Shown in pieces: positions 1 to 15,089 of a stretch of 64,000 nt of DNA; within the stretch, counting starts at the first letter, position 1, and each line of letters opens with the position of its first letter. Location of the stretch: contig CAVSGI010000008.1 in assembly GCA_963727445.1 (NCBI GenBank), positions 32,001-96,000 of the forward strand, given 5' to 3'. The translations under genes were made by a program, and so were the position numbers. The notes beneath the pieces were generated by a model. It saw only the letters and a program-made list of their open reading frames with translations. It was not told the origin of the DNA and ran no database searches. The DNA is from an uncultured delta proteobacterium. GTDB taxonomy: Bacteria; Myxococcota_A; Polyangia; Polyangiales; B10-G4.

Positions 1-88
1 CTATGGTACTCGTTAAAAAGTACCTAAGTAATGAGTTTAAGAATTTGTATTAAAAGGTTTAAAAAATCAAGAAAAAGGAGGTGAATCT

Positions 89-4176
<4,088 letters not shown>

Positions 4177-4180
<4 letters not shown>

Positions 4181-5886
4181 TCCGTCTCCTCTGCGGTGGG
4201 GGTGATGCGCCGGTAGCGGAATGCGTCGGTGGTCACGATCGCCGTCATGAGCGATCGGATGTCGAAGTCGCTGTCGACGAAGGCGCCGAAGACGCGGCTG
4301 ACGGAACAAGCGTCGAGGGGACCTTCGATGCGCCGCGTCGCGAAGCGGAACCACTGGCGAGCGACACACTCGCGCACCTCGTCACTCTGGCTGAGGGTCG
4401 CGGCGAGATCGACGGCGCCGTCGAAGGTACCGTCGATGTCCTCGGTCTCGACCAGCTCGCCGGTCGCGTCGATCGGGAGCGTGCCCTCCATGGTGCGATA
4501 GGCGCCGATCGGGTCGTAGTTCTCGAAGCCGAGGCCGATGGGATCCATCAGGCGGTGACAGCTCGCGCAGGTCGGATCGCTGTCGTGCTCCGCGAAGCGC
4601 TCGCGCGTGGTGGCGTCGGGGCTCGGCTCGGGCACCGCGGTGCTCACCCCCGGCGGCGGCGGCGCGATGGGCTGGCAGAGGATCGCTTCGCGCACGAGCT
4701 TGCCGCGATGGACGGGCGAGGTCTGGTCGGCGTGCGCCTGGCGCGCGAGGAGGCTCGCCTGGGTCAGGATGCCGGCGCGCTGTGTCGGGTCGAGGTCCAC
4801 GGGCGCGGTCCCGTCGTAGCCCGCCGGCTCGGCGACACCGTACAGATCGAAGAGGGGCCCTTCGGGGAAGGAGAAAGACGCGGTGAAGAGCGTCTCGACC
4901 CGGCCGTCACCTTCGCGGATGACGTAATCGGCGAAGCGGGTGGTCTCGTTCGTCATCGCCGTCCGCATGGAAGCGTCGAACTGGGGAAAGAGCGCCGTGT
5001 CCTTCTCGAGGACGTCGAGGTCTTCGATGCGAAGCCACTGCTCGTGGAAGCTGGCGATGGTCGCCGCGGCGCGTGGGTCGTCGAGCATGCGCTCGGCCTG
5101 CGCCTGGATCTGCTCGGCCGTCTCGAGCTCGTCCGCTTCGGCGGCCGCGAAGAGCGCGTCGTCGGGCATCGAGCTCCAGAGGAAGTAGCTCAGCCGCGAA
5201 GCCATCTGAAAGCCGTCGAGGGCGCGCAGGCTTCCGTCGTCGACTCCATCCTCGCCGAGCTCCACGTGATAGAGGAAGTGGGGGGACTGCAGAAAAGCCT
5301 CCACGACGACCTGGATCCCGAAGTCGAAGCTCTCCGCGTCGCGCCCGGCGCCGAAGACCGTGAGGTAGGCCGACTTCTCGGCGGCGGTGAGGGGCCGGCG
5401 GTACGCACGGCGCCCGAAGGTCTCGATGAAGGAGGTCGCGCAAGCGTCCTCTCCGTCGGTCGCGGGATCGCAATCGAGGAGCGCCGCCGAATCGGTGACC
5501 GCCGTGGCAGCGAGCGTCTGGGCAGCGGTCTCGTATTGCTCGACGCGCAGGTTGGTGACGGGCGTCACCGCGTTCGCGTCGAAGGCGCCGAGCTTCTCGT
5601 CGGTGCCGAGGCGCGTGGCGGTGTCGTGCGCCAGCGCGGCGTCCACACCCAAGAGCTCACGAATCGTGTTCTCGTATTCGCGTCGCGTCAGGCGGCGGAG
5701 CGGCGAGCGGCCGGTGGAGAGGCCGCTGCAGCTGTCCGGCGCGGGATCGCGCAGGGTCGGCTCGGGGTCGAAGGGGACGTCGCCGCCGCGCGGCGCCTCG
5801 CCTGGATCGGCGATGAGCCCGGTGCATCCCGCCACGGTCAACAGGGCTGCGGCATAGGTCTTCGTACGTCGGGGAGACATGTACAT
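4177..5886 (-). CDS. DUF1592/DUF1588-type multidomain lipoprotein
   Basis: Lipobox VAGC; motifs LRRLTRREYENT, ASRLSYFLWSSMPD, TSPVHRG and CASCH...DPIGLGFENYD. Confidence 0.9.
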
Positions 5887-6182
5887 CGCGGGTGCTGCAA
5901 CGGGTGGACCAGGAATCGGGGCCGAATCCCTCCATGATCTCGGGCGCTCCGTGGCCGCCAGCGCCCCAAGAGGAGCCGGGAGCGCCCCGCGTTCCGAGCC
6001 CCGGAGCGACGCGCGCTCCTATCACACTCGGCTCGAGCTCTCCTCAGTGCTCGCTCGGCGAGACCGAGGGGCTCATCGCGCTCGTCCGCCTTCGGCGCCC
6101 TCTCCTTCGTCTTCGTGCACCGCTCCGTCGAGGAGACGAAGGGAAAGGGGCTGGAGGAAATGGGCCAGCCTGGGAGCTCCGC

Positions 6183-6211
6183 TTGACACCTCCTCGCCCC
6201 ACCCGTAACCG
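6183..6211 (+). promoter_or_regulatory. Possible sigma70-type promoter for a leaderless transcript
   Basis: Perfect TTGACA at 6183, 17-nt spacer, weak -10 (TAACCG), and GTG 6219 seven nt later. Confidence 0.3.
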
Positions 6212-6218
6212 CCTCGTC

Positions 6219-8402
6219 GTGCATCCCGCGCGGCCGCAATTGCCCCCCGAGCCGTGCGCCGCCTGCGGCGCGGACGTCGATCCCATCCGCGCCCCCGAGG
6301 TGCTCGCGATGAATGACGGCATCCGCTACCTCTGCGATCGCGGCTGTCGTGCGCGCTTCGTCTCGGGCGAGCGCGCGGCGCCGAGCGCGCGACCGCCCAC
6401 GCCCCCGCGCGCGCGTCGCGATCCCGAGACGGGCATCATCCACACCCGCGACCCGCGCTCCCTCGAGCCCCTCACCTTCGTCAAAGAAGAAGCCCCCCCG
6501 GAGCCGACGCCGCCCTGGATTGGCTTCGGCATCGCGGCCCTCGCGGCCTTCCTCGGCGCCTTCGGCGCCGAGCCCACGGTCGCGCTGCTCAGCGTCGTCG
6601 CCTCCATCGCCTCCGTCGGCGTCGCCATCTCCGTCGGCAAGGACGCTGTCCACGAGGTCGGGATCGCCGCCTTCGCGGCCGCGCCGCTCGGGGCGCTCCT
6701 CGCCGCCATCGGCGGGCTCCTCGCCGTGTTCGAAGAGCCGGCCGCCTGGCCCGCGCTGGTGGGCGCGGGCATCGCGGCGGGTCTGGTGAACCTACGGGCA
6801 TGGCTCGATGCGCGTGGCCAGAGGCCCGTACAGGACGCGCTCCGCGCGCTGGCAGAGCTCCTTCCGCCGCGCGTCCGGGTCCCCGCCGAATCCACCGCGC
6901 GCGGCGAGCTGGCGCTCTCGGAGGTCGACACCAGCTCGGTTCGAGTCGGCGAAGAGGTGTTGGTCATCGCGGGCGAGGTCATCCCGGTGGACGCGATCGT
7001 CCTCGGCGGCGAAGGCGAGGTGCTCTCGCATCCCGCCGCGCGCCTGCCGGTCGCGCGCCGCGCGGGCGACCCGGTGCTCGCCGGGGCGCGGGTGACGGAC
7101 GGCGCGCTGCGCCTGCGCGCGACGCGTGTCGGCGCCGAACGCGCCCTGTCGCGCGTCTCGCACTTCGGCGACGCGGGCGGGCCGCGAAGCAGCCCGGCCC
7201 TGCGCCGCGCGAAGAACGTCTCGCTGATCGGCGGGCTGGTCGCGGCCGCCGCCGCGGCCGTGGCCATCGGCTTCGGCGCGGGCCTGCCCGCGGCGCTCGG
7301 GGCGTCGGGCGCGGTGCTTCTGGCCGCGCCGCTCTCGGCGCTCTGGCGCGCGGCCACGCTCCCCCTCGAAGCCGCCGGGGCCAGCGCTTGTGCGCGCGGG
7401 ATCACCTTCCCCTCGGCCGAGCAGCTCGAGCGTGCAGGCCGGACGCACATCTGCGCCCTCTGCACGCGGGGAACCGTCACCGAAGGCGAGCTCGAGGTGA
7501 TGGAGGTCCATCCCATCGGAGGCGCCGACGCCCTCGCCATGCTGGGTCTGGTCGCGGGCGCCGAGCTCGCCGCCGAGGGTCACCCCATCGCGCGCGCCGT
7601 CGCACGCCACGCCCGAACGCGAGGCGCGAAGCCCGCGGCGGTGCGGCGCGGCAAGTGGATGGCCGGTCGCGGCGTGACCGCGATCACCCCAAACGGCGAG
7701 CCCCTGGTGGTCGGAAACCGCCAGCTCCTCCTCGACGAAGGCGTCAGCGTCGCCGTGGCCGACGCGGAGGCGGCGCGCGCCGAGGCGCGCGGTGACACCG
7801 TCCTCTTCGTCGGCGTCGATGGTCACGTGCGCGCCGTCATCGCGCTCTCCGATCCGGTGCGCCCCGGCGCCCGTGCCGCGGTGCAGCGGCTCTTCGATCT
7901 CGGAACCGAGGTGGTGCTCCTCTCGGGGGATCATCGCCCCAGCGTCGTCACCCTCGCCAAGCAGCTCGACGTGATGAACGTCCGCGCCGAGCTCCGCCCC
8001 GAAGCACGAGGCGACGAGATCCGCCGCCTGAGGGAGACCGGTGGAGACGTCGCGGTGGTCGGCCACCCGGCGGAAGACGATCCGGCCCTGGCCGCGGCCG
8101 ACGTCGCCATCCTCCTCGGCGCCGCCGGCGACACCAACGACGAGCGGACCATCGCCCTGACCACCCACGACGTCCGCGATGCAGCGGCGGCGCTCTTCAT
8201 CGCCCGCGCCGCCTGGGACGCCACCTCCCGCATCACCCTGGCCGCGGCAGCCGTCGGAGGCCTGGTGGTGGTCGCTGCCGCGCTCGGCTTCGTCTCGCCC
8301 GTCGTGGCCGCGATCGCGGGCGCCGCCATCGACGCCTATGCGCTACCCTCCGGCACCCGGCTCTTGCACCGGGTGGAGCTTCGGGTACCCGCACCCGACT
8401 GA
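6219..8402 (+). CDS. P1B-type (heavy-metal) ATPase-like protein with N-terminal YHS/TRASH-like Cys motif; catalytic motifs degenerate
   Basis: CAACG...YLCDRGC at the N-terminus; TM helices; GEVIPVDA, GHPIARAV, GRGV, VGNRQLL, DPVRPGA, LLSGD, ALAAADV. Start codon uncertain (ORF is open from 5892). Confidence 0.8.
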   Translation: MHPARPQLPPEPCAACGADVDPIRAPEVLAMNDGIRYLCDRGCRARFVSGERAAPSARPPTPPRARRDPETGIIHTRDPRSLEPLTFVKEEAPPEPTPPWIGFGIAALAAFLGAFGAEPTVALLSVVASIASVGVAISVGKDAVHEVGIAAFAAAPLGALLAAIGGLLAVFEEPAAWPALVGAGIAAGLVNLRAWLDARGQRPVQDALRALAELLPPRVRVPAESTARGELALSEVDTSSVRVGEEVLVIAGEVIPVDAIVLGGEGEVLSHPAARLPVARRAGDPVLAGARVTDGALRLRATRVGAERALSRVSHFGDAGGPRSSPALRRAKNVSLIGGLVAAAAAAVAIGFGAGLPAALGASGAVLLAAPLSALWRAATLPLEAAGASACARGITFPSAEQLERAGRTHICALCTRGTVTEGELEVMEVHPIGGADALAMLGLVAGAELAAEGHPIARAVARHARTRGAKPAAVRRGKWMAGRGVTAITPNGEPLVVGNRQLLLDEGVSVAVADAEAARAEARGDTVLFVGVDGHVRAVIALSDPVRPGARAAVQRLFDLGTEVVLLSGDHRPSVVTLAKQLDVMNVRAELRPEARGDEIRRLRETGGDVAVVGHPAEDDPALAAADVAILLGAAGDTNDERTIALTTHDVRDAAAALFIARAAWDATSRITLAAAAVGGLVVVAAALGFVSPVVAAIAGAAIDAYALPSGTRLLHRVELRVPAPD

Positions 8403-8417
8403 AGTACGAGGAACACG

Positions 8418-9851
8418 ATGAGTGACAAAGCGTGGGGTGGCCGCTTCGAAGCCGAGACGGACGAGGTGGCGCTCCGGTTCAGCGAGAGCGTGAGCTTCGA
8501 CCAGCGCCTCTACCGAGAGGACATCGAGGGCTCCATCGCCCACGTTCGAATGCTCGGCGCGCGGGGGATCATCGACCCCGCCGACGCGAAGCGCATCGAG
8601 GAGGGCCTCGACGAGGTGCGCGCCGAGATCGACGCCGGCAACTTCGAATGGGACGAGAAGAAAGAGGACGTCCACATGAACGTGGAGTCGCGCCTCACCG
8701 CGTTGATCGGCGATGCGGGGGGGCGCCTTCACACCGGCCGCAGCCGCAACGATCAGGTCGCGACCGACATGCGCCTCTGGGTGCGCCGCCACGCGAAGCT
8801 CACCCAGCACACCATCGAGGAGCTGGTGGCGGTGCTCGCGGTTCGCGCCGCCGGCACCATCGACGTGCTGATGCCCGGCTACACGCACCTGCAACGGGCG
8901 CAGCCCGTCCGCCTCGCACACCACCTCCTCGCCTGGTGCGAGATGCTCCTGCGCGACCACGGCCGACTGGGTGACGCCGCAAAGCGCCTCAACGAGAGCC
9001 CGCTCGGCGCCGGCGCCCTCGCCGCCACGACCTTCGACATCGACCGCGAGGCGACCGCGAAGGCCCTGGGATTCGACCGCCCGACCCGAAACTCCCTCGA
9101 CACCGTCGCTGACCGCGACTTCCTCGTCGAGATGGTCGCCGCCCTCGCCAACTGCGCGGTGCACCTCAGCCGCATCTCGGAAGAGCTCGTGCTCTGGAGC
9201 ACCCAGGAGTTCGGCTTCCTCCGCATGAGCGACGCCTTCACCACCGGCTCGTCCATGATGCCGCAGAAGAAGAACCCCGACATGGCCGAGCTGGTCAGGG
9301 GGAAGAGCGGGCGCGTGGTGGGAGACCTCGTCTCGCTGATCGTCATGCTCAAGGGCCTGCCCCTCGCCTACAACCGCGACATGCAGGAAGACAAGCAGCC
9401 GGTCTTCGACGCCTTCGACACCGTGAACGACTCGCTCCGGGTCCTCACCGGCGCGCTGGCCACCGCGCGCTTCGATGCTGCGCGAATGCGGAAGGCGCTC
9501 ACCGAGGGCTTCCTCGACGCGACGGAGGTCGCCGACTACCTGGTGACCAAGGGCGTCCCTTTCCGCGACGCGCATCACGTCGCGGGTCGTCTCGTCGCCC
9601 GCGCCATCGCGGAGAAGAAGACGCTGCCCGAGCTCGAGCTCGCGGCCTTCCGCGAAGAGAACGCGGCCTTCGACGAAGACGTCTACGCGGCGCTCGAGAT
9701 GGAGACCGCGGTGGAGAAGCGCGACGTCCCCGGCGGCCCCAAGCGCGCGCGGGTCGAGGCGGCGCTCGCAGAGCTCCGTCAGCGCCTCGAGACACTCGGC
9801 GTGGACCTGAGCGCCGTCGCCACACGCCACGGCGCGGAGGAGCATCCGTGA
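8418..9851 (+). CDS. argH: Argininosuccinate lyase
   Basis: WGGRF, EDVHMNVE, LHTGRSRNDQ, PGYTHLQRAQP, GSSMMPQKKNPD. Confidence 0.97.
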   Translation: MSDKAWGGRFEAETDEVALRFSESVSFDQRLYREDIEGSIAHVRMLGARGIIDPADAKRIEEGLDEVRAEIDAGNFEWDEKKEDVHMNVESRLTALIGDAGGRLHTGRSRNDQVATDMRLWVRRHAKLTQHTIEELVAVLAVRAAGTIDVLMPGYTHLQRAQPVRLAHHLLAWCEMLLRDHGRLGDAAKRLNESPLGAGALAATTFDIDREATAKALGFDRPTRNSLDTVADRDFLVEMVAALANCAVHLSRISEELVLWSTQEFGFLRMSDAFTTGSSMMPQKKNPDMAELVRGKSGRVVGDLVSLIVMLKGLPLAYNRDMQEDKQPVFDAFDTVNDSLRVLTGALATARFDAARMRKALTEGFLDATEVADYLVTKGVPFRDAHHVAGRLVARAIAEKKTLPELELAAFREENAAFDEDVYAALEMETAVEKRDVPGGPKRARVEAALAELRQRLETLGVDLSAVATRHGAEEHP

Positions 9852-11171
9852 GCGAGACCGAACACTTTCGTTACGAGGACGGGCGGCTCCATTGCGACGG
9901 CGTCGACCTCGAGCGCCTGGCCAAAGAGGTGGGCACCCCGGCCTATGTGTACAGCGGCCCCGCCATCGACGCGGCCTATCGCGCGGTCGACGACGCGCTG
10001 TCGTGGGGGCCGCACATGGTCGCCTACGCGATCAAGGCCAACAGCAATCTCGCGATCCTCGCGCGCCTGCGCGAGCTGGGCGCCGGCGCCGACATCGTCT
10101 CGGGTGGAGAGCTCTCACGCTGCCTCGAAGCCGGGATCCCCGGCGGCCGCATCGTCTTCAGCGGCGTCGGCAAACGCGACGAGGAGATCGAGGCGGCCCT
10201 TCGCGCGCCGGTCCGCTCCATCCACGTCGAGAGCACCCAGGAGATCGAGGCGATCGAGCGGATCGCGGCGCGCCTGGAGACGCCCGCGCAGATCTCGCTC
10301 CGCATCAACCCGGACGTCGATCCCAAGACCCATCCCTACATCGCCACCGGCCTGCACCACACCAAGTTCGGCCTCGAGGTGGCGGTCGCCGAGCGGCTGC
10401 TGCCGCGCATCCTCGAGAGCGAGCACCTGGTGCTCGAAGGCGTCACCTGCCACATCGGCTCGCAGATCGGCGAAGTCTCGTCGCTACGAGAAGCCGTCGC
10501 CATCACCGCGCGCCTGGCCGTGCGCTGTCGCGAGGCAGGCGCCCCGATCCGCACCCTCGACGCCGGTGGCGGCTGGCCCATCGCCTACGGCCACGAGACC
10601 GACGCCTTCCCGCCGCCCTCCGCCTTCGGCAGAGCGATCCGCGAGGGACTCGCCGAGGGGGGCGCAGCCGATCTCGGCCTCGAGGTCATCGTCGAGCCGG
10701 GGCGTGCCCTGGTCGGTGACGCGGGCATCCTCCTCACGCGCGTGGTCTTCGTCGAAGGATCAGCCCTTCCGCCCCGACGCCGTCGCAGGCCAAGCGCCGA
10801 ACGAGGGCGCGAAGCGCTTCGTGATCGTCGACGCGTCCATGTCGGAGCTGATCCGCCCGGCGCTCTACCAGGCCCACCACGCGATGCTGCCCGTGGTGCA
10901 GCCGGCCGAGGGCGTGGCCCAGACCCACGTGGACGTGGTAGGTCCGGTCTGCGAGTCCGGCGACTGGCTCGCCCGCGACCGCGCCCTGCCCCCACTCGCA
11001 CGTGGAGATCTGGTCGCGATCATGAGCGCAGGTGCGTACGGCATGGTGATGGCGAGCAACTACAACTCGCGACCGCGACCGGTCGAGGTGCTCGTCGACG
11101 GCGGCGCGCATCGCGTGGTGCGCGGGCGCGAGTCCACCGCCGACCTGATGCGCGGCGAGTCGCGGGGCTGA
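9848..11171 (+). CDS. lysA: Diaminopimelate decarboxylase (frameshift at ~10754)
   Basis: YAIKAN, DIVSGGEL, CHIGSQI and EPGR in the first frame; IRPALY, GPVCESGD and GAYGMVMASNYNSRPR in the second frame. Overlaps the argH stop (GTGA). Confidence 0.92.
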
Positions 11172-11180
11172 GGAAACCAG

Positions 11181-12947
11181 CTACTCGCCGCTGCCGCCGG
11201 TGCCGTTCGTCCACAGGCTGGTGCGGAGCGACTTCATGCGGTCCTCGACCGCGCCGAGTCGCGCCATCACCGAGCCGGTGGAGGCCTCGAGCTGGTGGAT
11301 GCTGTCCACGCCCTCGACCTTGGCCTTGCGTGCTGTGCGGATCACGTCTGCGATGGAGCGAGTCATCTCCTCGGTGGCGCGCTGGACGAACTCGACCAGC
11401 TTGTCGCCGAAGATGTCGATCTGATCCTCGAAAGCGTCGGCGAGCTTGCCCGCCGCCTCCTGGATTGCCTTGGGGCCTTCCTCGAGGGCGCGGTCCTTCA
11501 CCCGCTTGTCCGCACGCCCGCGGAACACCAGGGCGAGCACGGGCGCCGCGAGGGTGAGCGCGCCGCCGACGAGCACGTTCGAGAGCGCCATGATGGTGAT
11601 CCCGAAGGCGCCCAGGGCGAAGACCCCGACGTCGTAGGCGAAGGTGTTCACCTTGAGGTCGAGGCTGTGCCCCGCCGGGCCCAGCACCTCCTTCATCCGC
11701 TCCGACTTCTCCTCGGCGTCTTCCGTCACGAAGGCGATCGCCTGCTCGGCCACGCGCTCGAGACGTCCGCTGACCTCGCTGGCCTGTTGATCGGCGAACT
11801 CGCGGAAGCGCTCTTCGATGAAGCCAGGCAGATAGCGCTTGAGGTCGTCAGCCTTGCTCTGCTCGATCTCCTCTGGAAGTTGGGCCGCGAAGGCGCGCCC
11901 CCAATCCTCCACTTCCTTCCGGGTGGTGGCCTTCACTCCTGCGATGGCGTCACGCACCACGCGCTCGCGCTTCTTCAGCGCTTCTTCGGAGTCGTCGAGA
12001 TCCGCTTCGAGGCGCGAGAGACGCTCCTCGAGATCGTCCTGCTCCATGGAGAGAGCCCGCTTCTGCACCTCCACGCTCGTGCGGAGCACGCCGGCGGTAC
12101 GCAGCGCCTGGTCGAGGGCGTTGTCGAGGAGCACCCGGCCGCGCTCCTCTTCGAGGAAGCGGGTGAGCTCGGTGACGAACTCGTCGAGGCCCGAGCCTTC
12201 GCGATCGCCTTCGAGGGCGCGCTCGGCCGAGAGCGGGAACACCTTCGGGTCGTCCACGATCTCCGTCAGGTGCTTCGTCGCGTAGGCGACCGCCTCCGCG
12301 CGCTCGTCGTCTTCGAGGAGGTCGATCTTGTTGATCACGAACAAGAGCTTGTCCCGCGACGCGGTGAGCAGCTTGTTCGCGATGAACTGCCGCTCGCTCT
12401 CCTTGAGGATCTGACCTGCGTCGAGGAGGAAGATCACCGCGTCGGATCGGGGGATGTAGCCGTAGGTGATCTCGGCGCGCTGATGATTGAGGTCGTTGAC
12501 GCCGGGGGTGTCCACCAGGACCACGCCCTCGGCCAGCATGGGGGAGGGATAGGCGACCTTCAGGAAGTGGACGTCGTCCTTGGCGTGCTCGCCGCCGACC
12601 TCGTAGCTCTCGAGCTCGGCCAGCGGCACCTCGACGCCCTCGCCCTCTTCGGGCACGGCCTGGGCGCTCGCCGTCTCGCCGTGCTCGATGTGATGGATCA
12701 GCGCCGTGGTCGGGGTGACCCCCATCGGCAGGAGCTTCTTGCCGAGGAGCGCGTTCACGAAGGTGGTCTTGCCGTGGTTGAACTCCCCCAGCACGACCAG
12801 GTGAAAGCGTTCGCCCTCGAGGCGCGGAATGCGGTCGTCGCGGAGGGTGTCCGACAGCGACTCGGCGCCAGAGTCGTCGGCGAGGTCGGCGACCTCGCGC
12901 AGGCACGCGAGCACTTCGTTTCTGGTCCCTCGATAATCAATCGACAC
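11181..12947 (-). CDS. Bacterial dynamin-like GTPase
   Basis: GEFNHGKTT (G1), VTPTT (G2), DTPG (G3), NKID (G4), helical stalk and a C-terminal hydrophobic hairpin. Confidence 0.9.
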   Translation of the reverse strand: MSIDYRGTRNEVLACLREVADLADDSGAESLSDTLRDDRIPRLEGERFHLVVLGEFNHGKTTFVNALLGKKLLPMGVTPTTALIHHIEHGETASAQAVPEEGEGVEVPLAELESYEVGGEHAKDDVHFLKVAYPSPMLAEGVVLVDTPGVNDLNHQRAEITYGYIPRSDAVIFLLDAGQILKESERQFIANKLLTASRDKLLFVINKIDLLEDDERAEAVAYATKHLTEIVDDPKVFPLSAERALEGDREGSGLDEFVTELTRFLEEERGRVLLDNALDQALRTAGVLRTSVEVQKRALSMEQDDLEERLSRLEADLDDSEEALKKRERVVRDAIAGVKATTRKEVEDWGRAFAAQLPEEIEQSKADDLKRYLPGFIEERFREFADQQASEVSGRLERVAEQAIAFVTEDAEEKSERMKEVLGPAGHSLDLKVNTFAYDVGVFALGAFGITIMALSNVLVGGALTLAAPVLALVFRGRADKRVKDRALEEGPKAIQEAAGKLADAFEDQIDIFGDKLVEFVQRATEEMTRSIADVIRTARKAKVEGVDSIHQLEASTGSVMARLGAVEDRMKSLRTSLWTNGTGGSGE

Positions 12948-13884
12948 TCGACTCCTCCTTCGCCTCGGTCTCGCCTTCGCCCTCGTGCTGCTTGATGCTC
13001 TTCACGATCTGGATGATGTCGTGCGTGCGCGCGTCCACTTCGTCCATCGACAGCCCGGTGTCTCCGCGTCCCGTCGCGCGCTTGAACATCTCGCTCTCGG
13101 AAAAGACCTGCATCGCTTCGATTCTCTTGGGCAGATACGGATGGGAAGTGAAGAGCTCGGTCAGACGGCCGACGCCATCGCGCCCCTCGTCCGCCTGCCG
13201 CAGGTACTCCTTCACGTCCAGCTCCTCGTAGAGCTTCTTCGAGCCGCACGCCATCTTGAGAAACGAACGCGAAGCCGCTTCGAGATCGCCGCAGCACAGG
13301 AGCCCCGCCCGATCGCAGGTGACCTCGGCGCGCCGGTACCATGCCTGCAGCGCCACCTCGATGGGGGGCATGAGGTAGCGCAGGAAGGAGGCCGCCGTCT
13401 TCAGCAGGATCAGCACGGTGTTGTAGATCACGTGCTTGTTCTGGATGTGACCGGTCTCGTGCCCGATCACGAACTTCAGCTCGTCGCGGTCGAAGTGGTC
13501 GACCAGGGCCGAGTGGATGACGATGAAGGCGTCGTCGTCGGTGCCGAAGGTGAAAGCGTTCACGATCGGGTGGTTCTGGATGTAGACGGTGGGCACCGGC
13601 ACCTGGAGCGCCTCGGCGCACTCGACCGCGATCTGGTGGATCGACGGAAACTGCTTCGGTGTGACCTTGATGGTCGTCCCGAGGAGCTGGTTCTTGTAGA
13701 CGTCCTTGTACATTCGGACGGTGGCGGCGGCGGCGAGCTCCACCGGCTTCATGCGGCGGAAGGTGTTGAGCATCGCGACGTCCGCCGCATAGGCGTAACG
13801 CGCTCCCTCCGCACCGCCGTAGGCCGCCTTCTTCCTGCCGGCCACGTAGCAATCGAAGCTGAGATTCGACTTCATGCGCACCAC
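12937..13884 (-). CDS. M48-family zinc metallopeptidase
   Basis: NAFTFG, FVIGHETGH (HExxH), AEVTCDRAG, THP-like SHPYLPKRI. Overlaps the dynamin start. Confidence 0.9.
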   Translation of the reverse strand: MVRMKSNLSFDCYVAGRKKAAYGGAEGARYAYAADVAMLNTFRRMKPVELAAAATVRMYKDVYKNQLLGTTIKVTPKQFPSIHQIAVECAEALQVPVPTVYIQNHPIVNAFTFGTDDDAFIVIHSALVDHFDRDELKFVIGHETGHIQNKHVIYNTVLILLKTAASFLRYLMPPIEVALQAWYRRAEVTCDRAGLLCCGDLEAASRSFLKMACGSKKLYEELDVKEYLRQADEGRDGVGRLTELFTSHPYLPKRIEAMQVFSESEMFKRATGRGDTGLSMDEVDARTHDIIQIVKSIKQHEGEGETEAKEESSVD

Positions 13885-14030
13885 AGTAGGTCCTCCCTCG
13901 CCGCTACGCCACGGTCAACAATCGCGGACGTGCCCGAAATTGTGACCTTCTTCCGGATTTGTCCCTTGGGATGACGCCTCCTGCCTCGGCTGCTAGGCTC
14001 CGCCGCCACGCCTGAGGGGGCGTACCAAGG

Positions 14031-15089
14031 ATGCCTGGAATCACGATCGTTGGCTCGGGACGCTTCAACCCGGGGGAGCCGGTACCGAACACAGCGCTCG
14101 AGCAGGTGATGGACACCGACGACGAGTGGATCCGGCAGCGCACTGGAATCGAACAGCGTCATTTCGCCCGCGAGGGTGAAGGGGTCAGCGACCTCGCGCT
14201 CGAAGCGGCGAGGAAGGCACTCGACTCTGCGGAGATGAAGGCGTCGGACATCGACTACATCATCTTCGCGACAATGACGCCGGACTACGTATTCCCGGGC
14301 TCCGGCGGCCTGCTCGGCGCCAAGCTCGGGATCCCCGGCGTTCCAGCCCTCGACATCCGCCAGCAGTGCGCGGCCTTCCCCTTCGGGATCCAGGTCGCGG
14401 ACGGGCTGATCGCGAGCGGCGCCGCGACCAACGTCCTGTTCGTGGGCGCCGAAGCGCACGCGGGCTTCATGCCCTGGACCGACTGGGAGCTGGTCACGGG
14501 TGGCAAGACGGGCAAGAGCCCGCCCGACGAGTACGATCGCGCGACGCGCCACCGCGGGCTGGCGATCCTCTTCGGCGACGGGGCGGGCGCCTTCGTCCTC
14601 AAGAAGAGCGAGAGGGAAGGCCACGGCCTCCTCGGCACCGAGATCCACACCGACGGCAACTTCGCCAAGCAGATCTACATCGAAGGAGGCGGCTTCCGCC
14701 GGCGCCCCTACTGGACGCCCGAGCTCTTCGAGCAGGAGCTCTACATCCCGTCGATGCAGGGCCGCGACCTCTTCAAGAACGCGGTGACCAAGCTCCCGCA
14801 GGTCGTCCGCTCCCTCATCGACAAGCACGGCGTGACCCTCGACGAGATCGACTGGTTCATCGCCCACCAGGCGAACGACCGCATCAACAGCGCGGTGCGC
14901 ACGAGCCTCAAGGTCCCCGAGTCGAAGGTCCCCTCGAACATCGCGCGCTACGGCAACACCAGCGCCGGCACCATCCCCATCCTGATGGACGAGCTCCTCC
15001 GCGCCGGCACCGTCAAGCGCGGCGACCTCCTCTGCTTCCTCGCCCTCGGCGCCGGCCTCCACTGGGGCGCAGCCCTGATGCGGCTCTAG
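14031..15089 (+). CDS. fabH: 3-oxoacyl-ACP synthase III (FabH family)
   Basis: DEWIRQRTGIEQR, QQCAAF, FGDGAGA, HQAN, YGNTSAG (Cys-His-Asn triad). Confidence 0.88.
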   Translation: MPGITIVGSGRFNPGEPVPNTALEQVMDTDDEWIRQRTGIEQRHFAREGEGVSDLALEAARKALDSAEMKASDIDYIIFATMTPDYVFPGSGGLLGAKLGIPGVPALDIRQQCAAFPFGIQVADGLIASGAATNVLFVGAEAHAGFMPWTDWELVTGGKTGKSPPDEYDRATRHRGLAILFGDGAGAFVLKKSEREGHGLLGTEIHTDGNFAKQIYIEGGGFRRRPYWTPELFEQELYIPSMQGRDLFKNAVTKLPQVVRSLIDKHGVTLDEIDWFIAHQANDRINSAVRTSLKVPESKVPSNIARYGNTSAGTIPILMDELLRAGTVKRGDLLCFLALGAGLHWGAALMRL

